DNA of 64,000 bases, taken from contig OZ365116.1 in NCBI GenBank assembly GCA_977030845.1, forward strand, positions 18,786,001 through 18,850,000, written 5' to 3'. Numbering within the stretch: position 1 is the first letter of the stretch; each line of letters opens with the position of its first letter. Origin of the DNA: Fimbriosthenelais zetlandica (Eukaryota). Of the stretch, positions 26,191 through 40,506 are shown in pieces. The notes beneath the pieces were generated by a model, which was not told the DNA's origin, ran no database searches, and worked only from the letters and a program-made list of their open reading frames with translations. A program made the translations under genes and the position numbers.

Positions 26191-29100
26191 CTGGAAGAAA
26201 CAAAACAACCATTGAAAGAATATACGATACACAGAACAGTACTTCATATGCGTAGATATAATGTATTTTAAAAGGAAATTTAAGAGGTGATTGTGGGTAT
26301 TTCTGGTAGGTACTGGAACAAAATGCAGATGGAAATGTGAGCCATGCAGCAGGCTAAATAGGTAGAGGCACGGGATGGTGGGGAGGTAATTAAAGCTCCG
26401 ATGAGAGCCTTTATCTCACTCTACCTCCTCCCTCACCCACCTTCACAGCTGAGTCATCTCTCAATGCTATTGAGAGGTGATGAAGCTGGAATAAAGAAGA
26501 TTTAGAAATCACCAGCCGTAACCTGTCATTAAGACCGTCAATAAATTGGTTCTCTATTGATTTCATACCTCGCATAAAGCACCATGAAAGCTTATAGCTT
26601 AAATGAATGCTGCAGGAGAAAACAATCAATTCCAGGCGTTCTCATTCAATCTTAGGCACGCTTTCTCGTTACATTTCATATTCTGATGTAACTGCACGAG
26701 ATGAACTTCCATGAAACATTTCGAAAATAACTTACAGGCTGACTTTTCTAATGTGAATTGGCAAATGAATGCATGATGGCTGGTGCCTGAGAACACATGG
26801 AAAGCCTGATACAGATGTTTTTCATGATTAAATATAATAATTTCACATGTTACTAAAGAGGAGAATATGTTTGATGATTTCAAGATGATACACTTAATAA
26901 ATAAGTTCCACATTATTCACAAAATACCCAATGAATGAACTTTTTCTATGATTAGAAAACATTGACAGAATTCCTTAAAATGCCGGATGGAAAAACGGTC
27001 AGATTGTCATTTAATGAAGGATTAAACAAACCGTCCAGGAGATCCCCCAACAACGAACGCCATCCACAAATCCCGGCGATTTTAACAAGTTTTCCACGGA
27101 AAAAGTTCTGATTAATTAAGTCATGTCCAAGACAGAAAAAGTTGGATTCTGTCAGACGACGGTCAGAGGAATGAAATGCGAGATTAACTGTCCTCATTCA
27201 AAATGAGTTAGGCATAAATCAATTTATGAAAAAAATTCCGAAACATTAATTGGAAAACAAAATGGTCTTCAGGAGCACCAGCATCAGCAGCATGAGGTGT
27301 TTTGTGATGACTGATTAGTTGAGAAGACACATTTGGTGAATGTAACTAAATAAATCCCAAACAGGAATATCTGTGTCATCAGGGACATACTGAAGTGATT
27401 TTGCTTGCCCCCTGCTAAAATATTGCTTCTAATAGATCTTCTTACGATTGGGCTCGGAAGCCAGCTCCTTTGAAAATGGAGGACAAGTGAGTGCATGTGA
27501 GAGGGTAAGAGCAGGCATAATGAAAGTCTTTAGATTGCATGCACTCTCAGAAGAATGGAGAGATTGGGGAATGCAATGCAAAACTTTATTTCCCTGAATG
27601 TTCACACATCTTCAGGAAGGAGTTGTTGGTAAGAAAAATGTGTGAGTAATTAGTGAATTCCAGGGATGCTGCAGACGTGCACGTGCGAGCCCCTTGAGAA
27701 ATTGCTTCAAGTGCCTTTCAGAAATCCCTTATGATTTTTCCCCCAACGAAAAGCCAAGTTCGATGAAGGCAAAGTGGGAGGTTTATGAGCAAGCATCGTT
27801 TTCCAATCAATAATTCTCAACATCAATTAAATTGTGCACGATACAGGTCCCCCGAGAAGTGGGAAGAGTAGAGGTGGGGGAGGTAAATATAGACACACCT
27901 CTGTTTAGAGCATCTGACCACCCATACCCTACCATAGAGCAGGTGTGAGCAGCAGGGTCATCAAGAATAACATCAGCCCGTCATCTCCTTCTATATGGTG
28001 ATGGTGGAGGAAAAGTTATCAATATAAGGCAATTGCCATGTCTTTCATATATTGATACGTAATGAAGGGATGGTATATTCCCTTGAGCCGACCATAAACA
28101 AAACCAAACAAGAGTTCCTAAGCCACAATGCACATCATAACTTCCACAGTTTTATCCCAGGAGGTGAAAACATGGAACTTGGCATGGTATAAGATCCATC
28201 CATGCAGCAGGGAAAACTGGTTATAGACATCAATACAATGTTTCCATGTAAATAGTTCCATTCTTCCTTCCATCCCCCTACCTCCAGGAGGGCAATTTTA
28301 ACCTTTTATGAGTCCTCATCCCACCCCCCAATCCCTCCAGTGTTTATCATGTAAACAGAGCAAATGTGGTGGAAAGCATTGGTTTTGTCTACGTATTCAC
28401 TCCTCCCTCCTAAATGCAAGAATTCCATCGGTTACGCCTGATTGAACACAGGCTGAGGATGGCGCATCGATCAACTTACAGGATAGAGAAATGTCTTCAT
28501 GGTTGATTTCCCCGAGCTTGGAATACCTTCAGATGAAGGTCAATATGATATCAATGGTAGCATTAAAGCAGTAAATCATCCAAATTCTACATGAAAAAGG
28601 ATGGAAGTAAAAGCTTGGTTGATTTTGCTCGACTTTGAAGGAGCTTTCTCTATTCATTATAGTGTATAGGGAGAATATGTTCCCCTGACGTACTTTAAAC
28701 ATTGATGGATCAGCGATGACTGACATCCCAATTAAAACATGGAGGGCGAGGCCAGACTGCCAACACCCAGAGGCGGATCACATCCAATATTAAAAAGTTT
28801 ACACCAAAAAGACTTTACAACAAAAAACTGGACATGCAACGTCTCAATATTAGAATAGAGCTACAGTTTTGGTCTTCCTGCTTTGGAATTTAAGCAATAT
28901 TCCCCGGGTTGCCTGACATCCTGGAGCTTTCCAGGACTTGATCCATCTAACATCATGTGAATCGGGAAACAATACCAAAGCCAAATCTGTCAATATTCCC
29001 TCACAGATCCCCTCCATCAGGCTAAAGCTGAACACAAAGTGCGGTCTGTCACCAATCCTGGCACTGTCTGTCAGAGGCTGCAAGATCCAGGAAACTGAGC

Positions 29101-32100
29101 ACTTTAAGCCAGGGACACACCAGATGGGAATAAAGTCAAACAATGGTCCAACCATTACCAACTAGACCTATAGCACAATAGAGTAGAGTTGCTCACTGAT
29201 TTGCTCACATATTTAGTGTATGGTGGCCTCATGATATCACCCATACATCAAAAGTGACCAGGAGCCAGCAGAGAGATCCACGTGAGCAGAGTGAGGCTGG
29301 TGATATTGCGGGTGAGTGCCTGGCTAGACTGTCAGAGTAGAAAGGTCTGCCGTCATTTCTGACAATTCTTTCATATTTCATGTTGTTCGCTAGGGACTGA
29401 CCCAAGCCATACAACACAAGCTTTGTCTTATAAGTGTCATCTTTTGAATAATGCATTTATATAAAGCATACTGGAGATATATCATTGATATAATGCTGCA
29501 ACTAAGAGAGAAATGGACTTGCTCATAAGAAGTGGTTTCTTCAAGGTTTATTTACCAATAAAATAAGTTTAAGAGTAAGGACCATGTTTTATTTGCTTAT
29601 TTTTGGCATTTCTGTTGTTGCAGAATAATATTGATATGTACCTCACCCTTACAATATTCTCAGTTTCTGACTATATGACTCCAGGTCAAATTTACTGTCA
29701 CTGGAATCAGTATCAGAATGAGGACATGAGCATGAGTGTGTCTGAGACATGATTAAAGTATAGAAGCTCGTGCTGGGATACTCAGCATGCCATCATAGCA
29801 CCGTCACCTGGGTGTTAAATGCACCAACAATAAACTGAAGGATGAAAGCACGGTACCAGTCCATCGCCTTTCATGCTCCAGAAGGGCGATCGTTTTCCGG
29901 AGCCAGGCTGAATTATTCAGATGTCCCCGCTTTGATTGCAGTGTGTGTGTGTCGGTGGGTGGGGGTCGGTTCATGGCTTCTGTCCTTGGCAATCCCGCCT
30001 TTTCAATCCCCCCACACGCTTTCTTTCCTCTCCTTTCTACCACATCCATCCTTGGCTTCCCACCTGCGACTCCTATACTCCAGCCACCCACCTATTCCTC
30101 CAGTACACTCCAGGGAGAGATAAAAGGCGTTGGAGCTGAGGTAATAGACTTGTTCTTGCCAGGAAAGACCACCCTTGTCGGCAAGGATTACATGGATGCA
30201 AGTTTCAATTATGATAATGAAATCTAACGTCAAGTTATACTATTATATTGCTGTGCTTTGGGGCTAGTGTATACTTTAATGCTATTAAGATGTCATTATG
30301 TAATTCATCTTAATTTGAGCATATGACACCTTAAGATAGTGCAACGTGTAGATTGCCATTTAATATTCAAAATATGGGTATAGGAGGTAGTTCTAGTCTA
30401 GTATAAGAGGGTGGTATCATTCCTCCAGTGTTTGGCGTGCCTCCAGGGTGTCAAGGGTCAGCGGTGCGCCTCATTAACCTGATGCTGAGTCACACAGGTG
30501 AGATGTGTACTAAATGTCAACCACGACCATCTCCTCCCAGTCTCCAGCTTCCTCCCTACATGCACTCACATAGCCCACTAATCTAAATCATTATCATAAC
30601 CTGTGCATCTCCAATAGTCCTCTACAGCATAAGTAAATCACTTGATTTTTTCAATCTCTGGAGGCGGATAATTCAAGAAAGGACATCATCTGGTATCATT
30701 ATTTTGTTCCACCTGCAGAGAGACTCCTGCATTCCTCTAGGGAACATGAATACTACCCTACTTCATTGAACACTTAGTACTATTGGTCAAAAGTAGGTCC
30801 TGGGTTAATTGACCCAGGAATGGCTGACTCACCCACCAATGTTAAAGTTGCATGACCCGGGCGTTTGTTTTGCACAAATCAATTACAGGACTTTCTCTTA
30901 CAAGGCTTACCCAGTCCCTCTCAGAGAAATGCTTATTAAAACCACTCTTTATTGGCTCAAGAACTTTTTCCGAGAACGCCAATTTCCTTTGAACAGAACT
31001 CAGCATGTATGGGGGAAGACAATCGGGTCAATTCATTCCATGTTGCGTATTATCTAGGACATATTTCAATGACCGAAATGTTAGAGAGGTAGAGGAGATA
31101 TACCTGCATGCTTAGAGACTTGCCAACTGTTTCACTGAGGACTCTCTCCCTCAGTCTGTGAACTCTTTCTCCCCATCCCTCCCTCAGATCCATTCCCTCA
31201 ATTGTCCATCATTAGGGTCAACCAGTAGCAATCGATAGTGAGAACATAGTTGACCTCTGCCAACCAATCCCCTATATTGAGCAGATACCTCCCACATGCA
31301 TCATCCCATGTGACTACCTCAATGTTACTGTCTCTTAACACGGTTTTACATATGAAAGCTTTGAAGCAGCAGACCTCACCACCTTTCATCATCTACACAA
31401 TAGACCCTCTCTATACCACCACAAATGCAACACGAGCTGTTAAAAGTTGGAGCAGCTAATTTGCCCAACAGAAAACCCGATCTTCCTCCCTTTAGACAGG
31501 AACTATTAATTCACCTGTCGGCGCTCCTGCACTAAAATGTCCATGATCCAAAGCCTTATACATAAAAGCCCAGAGGAATAGGCGCTAAGCACGCAAAGTC
31601 AGGGTTAGTCATCCTCCACTCTCCAGCCCGACTGCCCCCAATTTAATCTGTTTATATTAAAAAGACCTTTTTGCTGACAAAGCTGCTTTTCTAAACCGTT
31701 CATTCATCATAAGGCTCAACTTAAAATCTTTGACAAGCATAGTACATATTTGAGTGCTTGGAAGGAAAATACCATATAAGAGCGGCACCGTAAAAAGGAA
31801 CACAGATCTGCATTTTATCAGAAGTGATTGCTTTTACTTGTTGCTGGAAAAAGTGCATGCAACAGCTGTGTCTTTAAACTTCCAGTAATGTTCTTTTTCA
31901 TTTGGCTGATAACTGAGTCGCTAGCGAGCAAAGTACAGACATACAGTAAGGGGGACATTTATTATTGACAGAAAGCACAAGCCAGAAAGCAAGGTTGAGC
32001 TGAAGCAGAGGCAGAGGCAATGTAATATGGTTATGGTAGAAGGGCCGGGCAAGGCACTGACTTGACCTTGCTTCATATTGGTGATGGGATCTGAGACCAT

Positions 32101-35100
32101 TGGGGAGTCCCAACGCGAAGATATATTGATTTTGTCATAGGGATATGTTACTTCATTTAGAAGTAAATAGCAGCGTTTCGTGGACTCACCCAATATCCAG
32201 CAGACATCTTGTGTCGGTGGCAGAAGTTGGGAGCTAGAGTCAAATTACCGATAAAGAAATGGAATTAACTATCTTAAATTGGGTAGTTTCAGTAGACTTT
32301 GACTCTCATACTTTCTTTCTCAAGTGTAGGTCTTTTTGACGGCAAACTTCCCAAAGTCTTCTTAATCTTTTACATGACAACTTAGTCCCTTTCCATTCTA
32401 GCCAAAAAAAAATGGCATAAAAAGTCTGAAGAGAGGGCAGTTACCTGAATTAGATTAAGAAGTGTCCTCCCCTCAAGACAGAAGAGAATGACAGCCAAGA
32501 GCAAAAATAACTTAAGAGCAATTACTTAAGTGAGTGTACCTCAGGAAAAAGACATCTATTTCCATACATATTTACAGCCACGCTAATTAGGTAAAGCAGA
32601 CTCTGGCAAGAGTTGTGACACATAAAAAATAACTGAGCTTGAACTCAGGGATGTCAAATACATGCGTCTTCTGTAACAATATATTCTTAAGCCCTAACTA
32701 TTTGCCTTGTAAATTAAGTTACACTTTACATAATCTATCAAACAAGTTTGGAAGCCAGCACCCTTCCGTTTTTCTCCTAGGAAATCACATCTTCAGAGAA
32801 CAAATAGCCCTGGTGGAGAAATCACCATAATCACTTGAAAACTCGAATAAAGCACAGATATCTTGAAGGGATCATTCACTGATCTTACATATCAGTCTGC
32901 CTCGGGGGTCAAATCTAAATCACTCCAGTGTAGAATTGATTACATTTCTCGTGACCAGCTTATGATTGATCATCCCGTTTTTGTCTCAGGACTAAATTCG
33001 GTTATAAAAATGATGCATTGATCCAGGAATGGACTCGGTGTGTACGTCTGAAGCTGTTGGAATAAGAAGAGTCCTGATCAGAATCCCTGGCCTGGCTTCT
33101 CAGATGATGGATGTAATGCCAAGCCCCTGTTAGCTCTGGTCTAAAGTTTAACTCAAGATGGTGGGAAGAAAGGAATGGAGGGGAATGGGAGAAAGAAGAG
33201 GAAGTAGTATGAGTCGGAGGAAGAAAAATTATATGAAGAAGATGACGACCAGAGTAAGGGAATTGCTGGGTAATTAATCAGCTGAAGCCAGTAATAGACA
33301 GGAACATGAGGAAAGCCCAGAAGACTGAAGCTTACAGTTAACTTCTATGCTGAAGCAGCAAACACCTCATCCATCTAAATCTGGATTCATTAAAGCAAAC
33401 TTCAAGAGAGGAAAGACTGAGATCCGGAAATGGACCGTTTCCTTTTGAAGGAGCAGCAGGACAGCTTCTATGGAACTGCAAGGAGGCAAGAATAGAGAGC
33501 AATGGACCTAATTCTGGACCTAAATGAAACTGAAGCCATTTAGATGTCCCAACCTGAAAAAAACACCCAACAGCTTTCAGAACAAGCCAGTGGTTCATTT
33601 AATTGCTCGAGCAATATATGTCCAGGTGAAAGGAAAATTGATAGGACACCCGACCATTTCTCTCTGCTGGTGAAAGGTTAGGCCTAAGCCTTTAAGAGAC
33701 AATCTGGACTATAAAATCACTAGTCTTCATGAATGGCTTTAGAGAGAAAAGTGGACCTTTATTCCCATAGAGCAGTTAGCCTAGGGACTTGGTCATATAG
33801 TATTTTATGGCTGTACCTAGTGACAAGATAAAATCCACCTTCATGGCCCTAAGGAAGAGGAGTAGGAGGATTAATGGCATCTCATATAGCTCCTCCACCT
33901 CTCTGTAAGTCACTTCCAAGCGCCCTGGATCATCAGCCAATGATTCCTAAAAGCCATCATTGGAGCTAAGCGCTGACATTACAGCGCACCTAGTATCGCT
34001 TTGTCAGATGGCAGACTTCCATCCCCACCTATTACCCATCATCAGGGATTTCCCTCAGGGTGAGTGATGGTCATTGTCAATGCTATAGGTAGTGATCCAG
34101 TGAATGGGCAGACTTCTGGACTGACCTCTGGTCACTTTGTGGTGGTGGTGGTCAGCCTGCGGGAGGACTAACCTGTTGGCTGTATGATCGCCTCTAACAT
34201 GTAACATTCATTGCGTGAACACTGGAGGATCTTGGCCGTCAGAAGACGGAGTGAGACCATAAGTCAGGCTGTAGCTGGGGGATTTATGACGAGGCACCAG
34301 AAATAGACCAATAAGATCTGATGGAAGCTACTATGATCACAAGTTATGGAAAGGGTCATCAAACGCCTGGGTCTGTGTGATGTTGAAATGGTAGGAGATG
34401 GGTGACATCATGTCACAAAGCCACGACACAGACAGCTCCCATCTAGAAGGTTCCATCAATGGCTTATGCTGTCCATGAAATCTCTTCCACGGGAATCAGA
34501 AATCAGGTAAAAGAAAGAGAGAAAGAAAGAAATTTCAGCAGGAGTGAGAGCTATATTATAATAGGTCTATCATTTTTTTCTGATCTTAACAGGCACCTGA
34601 TGGACAAAAGAACGAAGCTCATTTTCCATCAACATCAAAGGCTGGAGAGCATGAGGTAATGAAGAGAGGATTCAGTCCATACCGTAGCTATGGATCCCTT
34701 CAGTTCCAGTAGATGGAAAATGGGTTAATTTGGACAGTTTTTCTCTTTTCTCCAATCATCATTAGATTTCAAGGCGCATCAATTTTGACTCGATTTGCTG
34801 AGTCCCAGTCTGTTTGGGCTAAGCTCGAAGCTTCAACTCAAATTCATAACTCAATCTCATCATTCCATGCCTTTCGTCTGTTCTCAAACCTTGTGTTTTG
34901 TACAAAGAATTAACCAGGCTCGTGAATGGGATCATATTGAGAAGAAGGAGCACAGCTTTTTAAGGATAATCCTCTTGATCTCCAGAGTATTCTGATGGGA
35001 TATGGAGTACAGATGGTCACAGCCTTGCTTATGGTTGCCTACAGACTGGAGTCAGATAAAATATATCTGTATGATCTCAGATGGCAACCACAATTTCAAG

Positions 35101-38100
35101 TGAGCTACTGAGAGCATGCAAGCAATGGAAACAATGGCAAGAATTCATGATACATTAGTTTAGCATTAGGCAAACCTTTGAAGAGAAGGGACAAACCCGA
35201 AATGCACATCAACTAATGCAATTTCTGAGATTATCCCAGGCTCGCGTACCAAGGGAATTCATGGCCAGGAGAAGGGAGGGGGGATCACCACCCAAACCGA
35301 CAGAATGGCCAGAGGGGGAGTAAAGAGTTGTGAAAGGCAGCAGGGTGTTATGAATTAATTGCTGATTATTCATCGTACGTTTGGCCGAGGGGCTAGAGGG
35401 GGTGGGAGAAGATTTAAAAGGGGGGTAATGAGGTAATGGATATGTGGGCGAGTGAGGGGATGTGATTGCAAAGCAAGGATGAGGGCGAGATAGGGAGCAA
35501 GGGGAGGAGAGGGAGGGAAGAGAAGAGAAGAGTGGGGTTATTGTGGAGAAAGACATTGTGTCTCCCTAAGGTGCTGGTTCATGAAAAGTTACACGGAGAG
35601 GATCCCCTGAGGATCCAAACAGACATGGAGAAGACTATAAGATCTGATGGTCCTGATGTTTGAAGTCCACATTTATTTCTCAGGGTGTCAATGGTATCAT
35701 GCTGCAAACATCTTTCCATAATATTCATTATATTGACCCAAGGAACTCTCAGTTTTAAACTATATTATATGTAAGTTAGGGCCTGGCCAAAGTCTCCCCC
35801 TGCTCAGCAGGAAGGAGAAAAAGACCCAGTGTTTACCTAGTATGCTCCAACTGCTGAGTCGGGCCTAGAGCTCGCCTTTTGTTGTGTTATTCTAACTGAT
35901 CACAATCCATTTAGCTTCAGGCAAGAAATGACACCTACCGGCTTGTCATCATATTGCTTTTAGGCAGCGCACAAACTGATGACGTGGCACCCAGAATGTT
36001 CCTCCATGGCGGGCAGAGGAGGAAAAACAGAGAGACAACTGTTTATGGAGATACAAATAAATAGATGGTCAATAAATACGGGATTGTTGTGATTCCATTT
36101 TTCCATTGTTGATGCTGGATGCATGCTAGGAGGAATAGCTTGAGGAATGTATATCTTGGAGGGACATACTCGAGTTCTGGAGACTAGAAACATGTTGAGG
36201 GGTATATCGTTTCAGGAGAGTTTAGGGTTTCATTTTGTTGTGGATTTTCAGGGAGCTTCATCCGCCAGTAGCCGGAGGGACTAACTCGGTATTCTAACTC
36301 CTTGGCAGCAAGAGACACAGACATAAAGGAAGGGAAAGTTTCCACACTTGAATCAAGAAGCTTTGCAATCAGTAATTATGGAAATACTTGGAGGGTGGTC
36401 ACTGATGAATCGCATGCTAAATCAATATGGTCTAAATTACATTCATATATTCACCTTCGAGGTAGGATTAATTTATCAAGTGTGGAATCTATATGAGCAG
36501 AATTAGCTTTATAATTAGCTTCCATGGTGCATGGGAGCGATCTGACATTTCTTGAACCTTCACATATTATTCATATTCTCACCATATTTATCAGGCTTGA
36601 GGCCACAGACTTCTTGCTGATATTTTTAGATATTCAAGGAAGTCAATCTAAGTTAATTCCCAACACCGACTGGGAGCGCGGGCTGTGATGTGGGCATCGG
36701 AAACAGTATGAAAGTGTCGGTACCTTCAGATCCCAGATTGGGCCACTCCACCCCTGTACCTCGACCAGGAGGAAGGGTAAAGAGGGGACACTTAGCCTGA
36801 GGCGTATACGGAGAGAAGCTAGGGTGTCAACCTATGTCACCCCTCACGGTATACCATGGAGGAACCCCGTGGAGGAAGGCGGTATGGGACGGGAAGAAGG
36901 GCATCCAGGGAAGCCTACAGATGGATACAAGCCCTCCGGGCATGGATCAACCCAGGAGGAAGCCAGGAGGGGGGTGATATGAGGGGGTGAAATGGGACCA
37001 TGCTCAGCAGCTAGTCTTCTTAGCTTCCTCCCGCATTCAACTGGGAACAGGGCTAACTTTAGTGATGTTTTATCAATCTAAATAGCCAGGAATAATATTG
37101 TCTAGAGAAACTAGTTTCTTTTGATTTAATTGGAAAATATATATCCAAGCATAACTGAATTCTGGCGAGGCGCTGATAGATAGACATGAGTCAGAAAAAA
37201 CTTATTAATAATAAATATCATTTATGCTTTCCATCAAGTCCAAAGCCATATATTATATTAGACTTATGATTTTGCAGTGCTCATCATACTGGCGTCTGCA
37301 CATTTTCCATATAAATCAATTCATCTAATCACGGGCCGGCGGGAGGAGCAGGGCATGGACATTAATGAACGCGAACACATTTTATGAAACGCGAGGCAAG
37401 AGAACAAAACTTCCAATCTAAACTTCATTACACCGCTCCCATCCGCCATGATTACATGCAGAGGAACCTCGCTATATTTGGAGCCATAAATAAGGGAAAA
37501 TCCCTCACGTGGTCAGCCACATAGACTTAACAGATAATTACTTGCATATTGCACTACAGACATGCACGTTCCTTTGTGTCATAACGGGCAATGACCTGCT
37601 CACAGAGGCACTATTCTGAGATAATCATTTTCTTGGCCAAATGTAAATCTTTCATTGGGCTCTCTCAGAAGGAGGGGGAAGCAGAGGAAGAGGGCAAGTA
37701 AAGAACGAGGTAACTTTGTCTTCTAATGTGGGCCCAATATAGAGAAAGCACTTAACCACTAGGATTCATCATAGATCAAACTTGAAGGTGCTCTCAGCCC
37801 AGGCCAGTAATCCACTTCTATACCATAGCGGGCTATAGAGAAGAAGTCCATCTCTTATGCTTTATGGCCCAGTAATGCAGGCGGTACAATAAGACCTACT
37901 ATAGGGATATATAAGTTATAGGTGGGAAAGGTCATTATTTAAGGTGAAGATGTATTGAGAGTTAGGGGGGAGGGTAGTAGTTAACCAGTTTAATTTTCTG
38001 GGTTATTGTTCTAAGCTTGATTGGGGCCTACTAATCAAGATCCATCTGCCAGCCGTTGTCTCTCTCCTAATCTGTTTTCTCCAGGAGGAGCAGGTCTGGA

Positions 38101-38986
38101 GCAGATATCTATCCAACATGAGCAGCTCTCAGGCTGAGGGATTCCCCCTGGAGAAGGAGTGAGCAGATTGCCATCAGCTGGCCACGAGAACCAACAAATA
38201 AGCCGCGTTCACCAATGGTCTGTAGCCGGGATTGGTGGAGCTTTGGTTGAGTCCTACCTCAAACTAAAATGACAGGCTGACCAGGTATCTAATTATGTAA
38301 CGTCTCATTGGGACAAAAGGTGTAAGGCCACCATTACCATGATGGAAATGGGATATCTGGCCTTATATTTTATGCAGTTAAGGTCTAGATATGCACTTAA
38401 GTGCGCCAAGTGGGTCTGAAAATAGAATTAGTCGATACCACAATAATGGCAAAAAATCGGCCACATAACATGGGCAAGTGTGCAATACCAGATATATCAG
38501 CTTGACACAAAGTCCTGATAGACACAGATAAACTGACTGTGGGTTGATAGTGGAAGGAAGGTTAGAAGTTCATCAGTCATATCACTGATATCAGTTATAA
38601 CATTTATACTCAAGGTGACGTTAGAATGCAGACCTAGAGTATAAAAGAAAACTTACATGTTTTCAACTCATTTAAACAATTTATTATACTCTTCTCCGCC
38701 AATCTGACGCTATCTAAAGCACCCGGGATATATATTTTTAAAAGGCTTAAGCATTACTAGATAAAGATTCCCATAAATAATTCTCACAGAGGGAGAAGTT
38801 CTATGTCACTAAGCAGTTCATGAAGTAGCACTTGGTCAGCTGTATGGTAAAGATTGAATGAAAAATCGTAAAGACCGTGACAAGCATCTTCAACATGGGA
38901 GTCATTTCCTGATTATTTGGCGAGGATTGAGGATGCCAGACGATGTGACGGTGGAGGGGTGGGCTGTAGGGAGATGGGCAGAGTTA

Positions 38987-39016
38987 GGGGTGGGGGGTGG
39001 GGGGTGGGGGGTGGGG
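38987..39016 (+). repeat. (GGGGGGT)n-type G-tract, G-quadruplex-forming potential
   Basis: ggggtggggggtggggggtggggggtgggg: five G-runs with single-T loops. Confidence 0.8.
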
Positions 39017-40263
39017 ATCTGGAGTGACGTACAAGTAGAAGGGGGGTGGCAGGCAGGACAAGATAGCAGCTATCTGATGGTATCACTTGTCAAGCCGGCT
39101 TAGCTGGCACAAGAATCATGATTCCCTGGGAGGGGGAGTTTTACTAAAGCTTCCAACTCTATGTACCCTCAAACAAGGCCCACCAGCTAAGTTACTCAGA
39201 AATGTTCGCATTAAAATATTTTCACTAATTACAAACATAAGGCTTTAAAATAAACTTTCCGACCGACGACCATGCATGGTTTCATCAAGCTTAAGGCTTC
39301 ATCAAGCTTACCTCCCAGATTAACCAACTCCTCCATACCCCGTCACCAACAAGGCCTCACATCACTCAGACTGTGAAGTAGCCCACTCTCTGATCAATAA
39401 CTTTGTAAATCAAGTCAGGATTTATGACACCCAACACTACTTGTGGGATCGTTGGGTCAATATTTTAATCACCGGGGGGCAATCGTCCCCGGGAAGCCAT
39501 GAGACGCTGGGCCGGTGTGGGTATCCCTAAACGCCACCAATCATTCCACGGATGAGGCGGCCTCCTCAATATCAGAGACCACCAGCTCTAATGACAGGCA
39601 TTTAATAGGCAATGGATCTGCCAATCCATCTTACCATTAGTGAAACCATCTCAAAGGATCCAAATCAGTGATCAGTGATCAAAGACGGCCAGACGTGCAG
39701 GATGGCCGGGCTGATGAAGATTCAGCCAGGCCTGCAGGTCTCCCATCTTACATCAATACCAGCTCAATACAAATATCGGCCACATTCCCAAAACTAATCT
39801 CATTGGGGAGAAAGAAGTAAGAGGCAATTGATGGTTACACTTAAAAGCTGCTGCAGCAGGAGACTGAAGCATGGCTCCAGGCCAAGATCAGGCGGATTAC
39901 GAGTGAAGGTTTAATTTTGAAAAATCTGGTTAGCTTTCCAACAAGGGAGTTACATGGGAGGAGAGTGGTAGTGAAGTACAATACTGAAAAATACAGATAT
40001 CAATGAAATAGTCGCGTAGTAGCCTGACCTCATGCTACCCCAGCACTGGTCTATGTATCTTTAACTGTGTTTTGACATGAACGAGGGTAACGCGCAAGTG
40101 TATATCCTATTAAATGACAGTGCCTAGATGGCGCTGGACGCATGCCCGAGCCAAGGTCAGACATTTACATAACATCTCTCTTACCAATCTACATGTACAG
40201 GTAAAGGTCTGTCTGATGATCCACAGATAATACATTGTGGGTCAGTGAGAGAGATGAGAAGAT

Positions 40264-40283
40264 CCAGTTACCATGGTAACTGG
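40264..40283. promoter_or_regulatory. 20-bp perfect palindrome containing a consensus RFX X-box
   Basis: CCAGTTACCATGGTAACTGG; core GTTACCATGGTAAC at 40267-40280. Confidence 0.55.
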
Positions 40284-40472
40284 CATGTATAAACATATCA
40301 CAGGTCCTTGCTTCTGGCAGTGATGATTCGAGAAGACAAAGTACCTAGTTATTTCAAAGCATGGATCTCTTCAAAATCATAAGCCTACAAAGGAAAATAC
40401 CAAAACGCATACGGTACTTAATAATAGATCTAACCAACAAAACAGTAAAATTTAAAATCTAAAATAACTTAC

Positions 40473-40506
40473 CAAGTTAGCGAGGTAAAGTGCGAGAAGG
40501 CCTCGC
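40473..40506 (-). CDS. TMEM135: TMEM135 coding exon 4 (34 nt): RGLLALYLANL
   Basis: Acceptor cttttgacctttcag|G, donor TTG|gtaagt. Matches human RGLLTIYMANL. Confidence 0.93.

Noticed and set aside
29760-29835. ATACTCAGCATGC...CTGGGTGTTAAA...AATAAAC resembling a SINE 3' tail
   Set aside because: No tRNA head or diagnostic central domain is visible upstream; too short to call without a library search.
32875-33021. TYQSASG...CRIDYI...DHPV resembling an EEP endonuclease C-terminus
   Set aside because: The RIDY-to-DH spacing is about 8 aa, much shorter than in real EEP domains, and the upstream frame is closed.
36901-36945. ASREAYRWIQALRAW resembling a PH-domain terminal helix
   Set aside because: The preceding beta-strands are absent, the frame is closed about 27 codons upstream, and there are no convincing splice sites.
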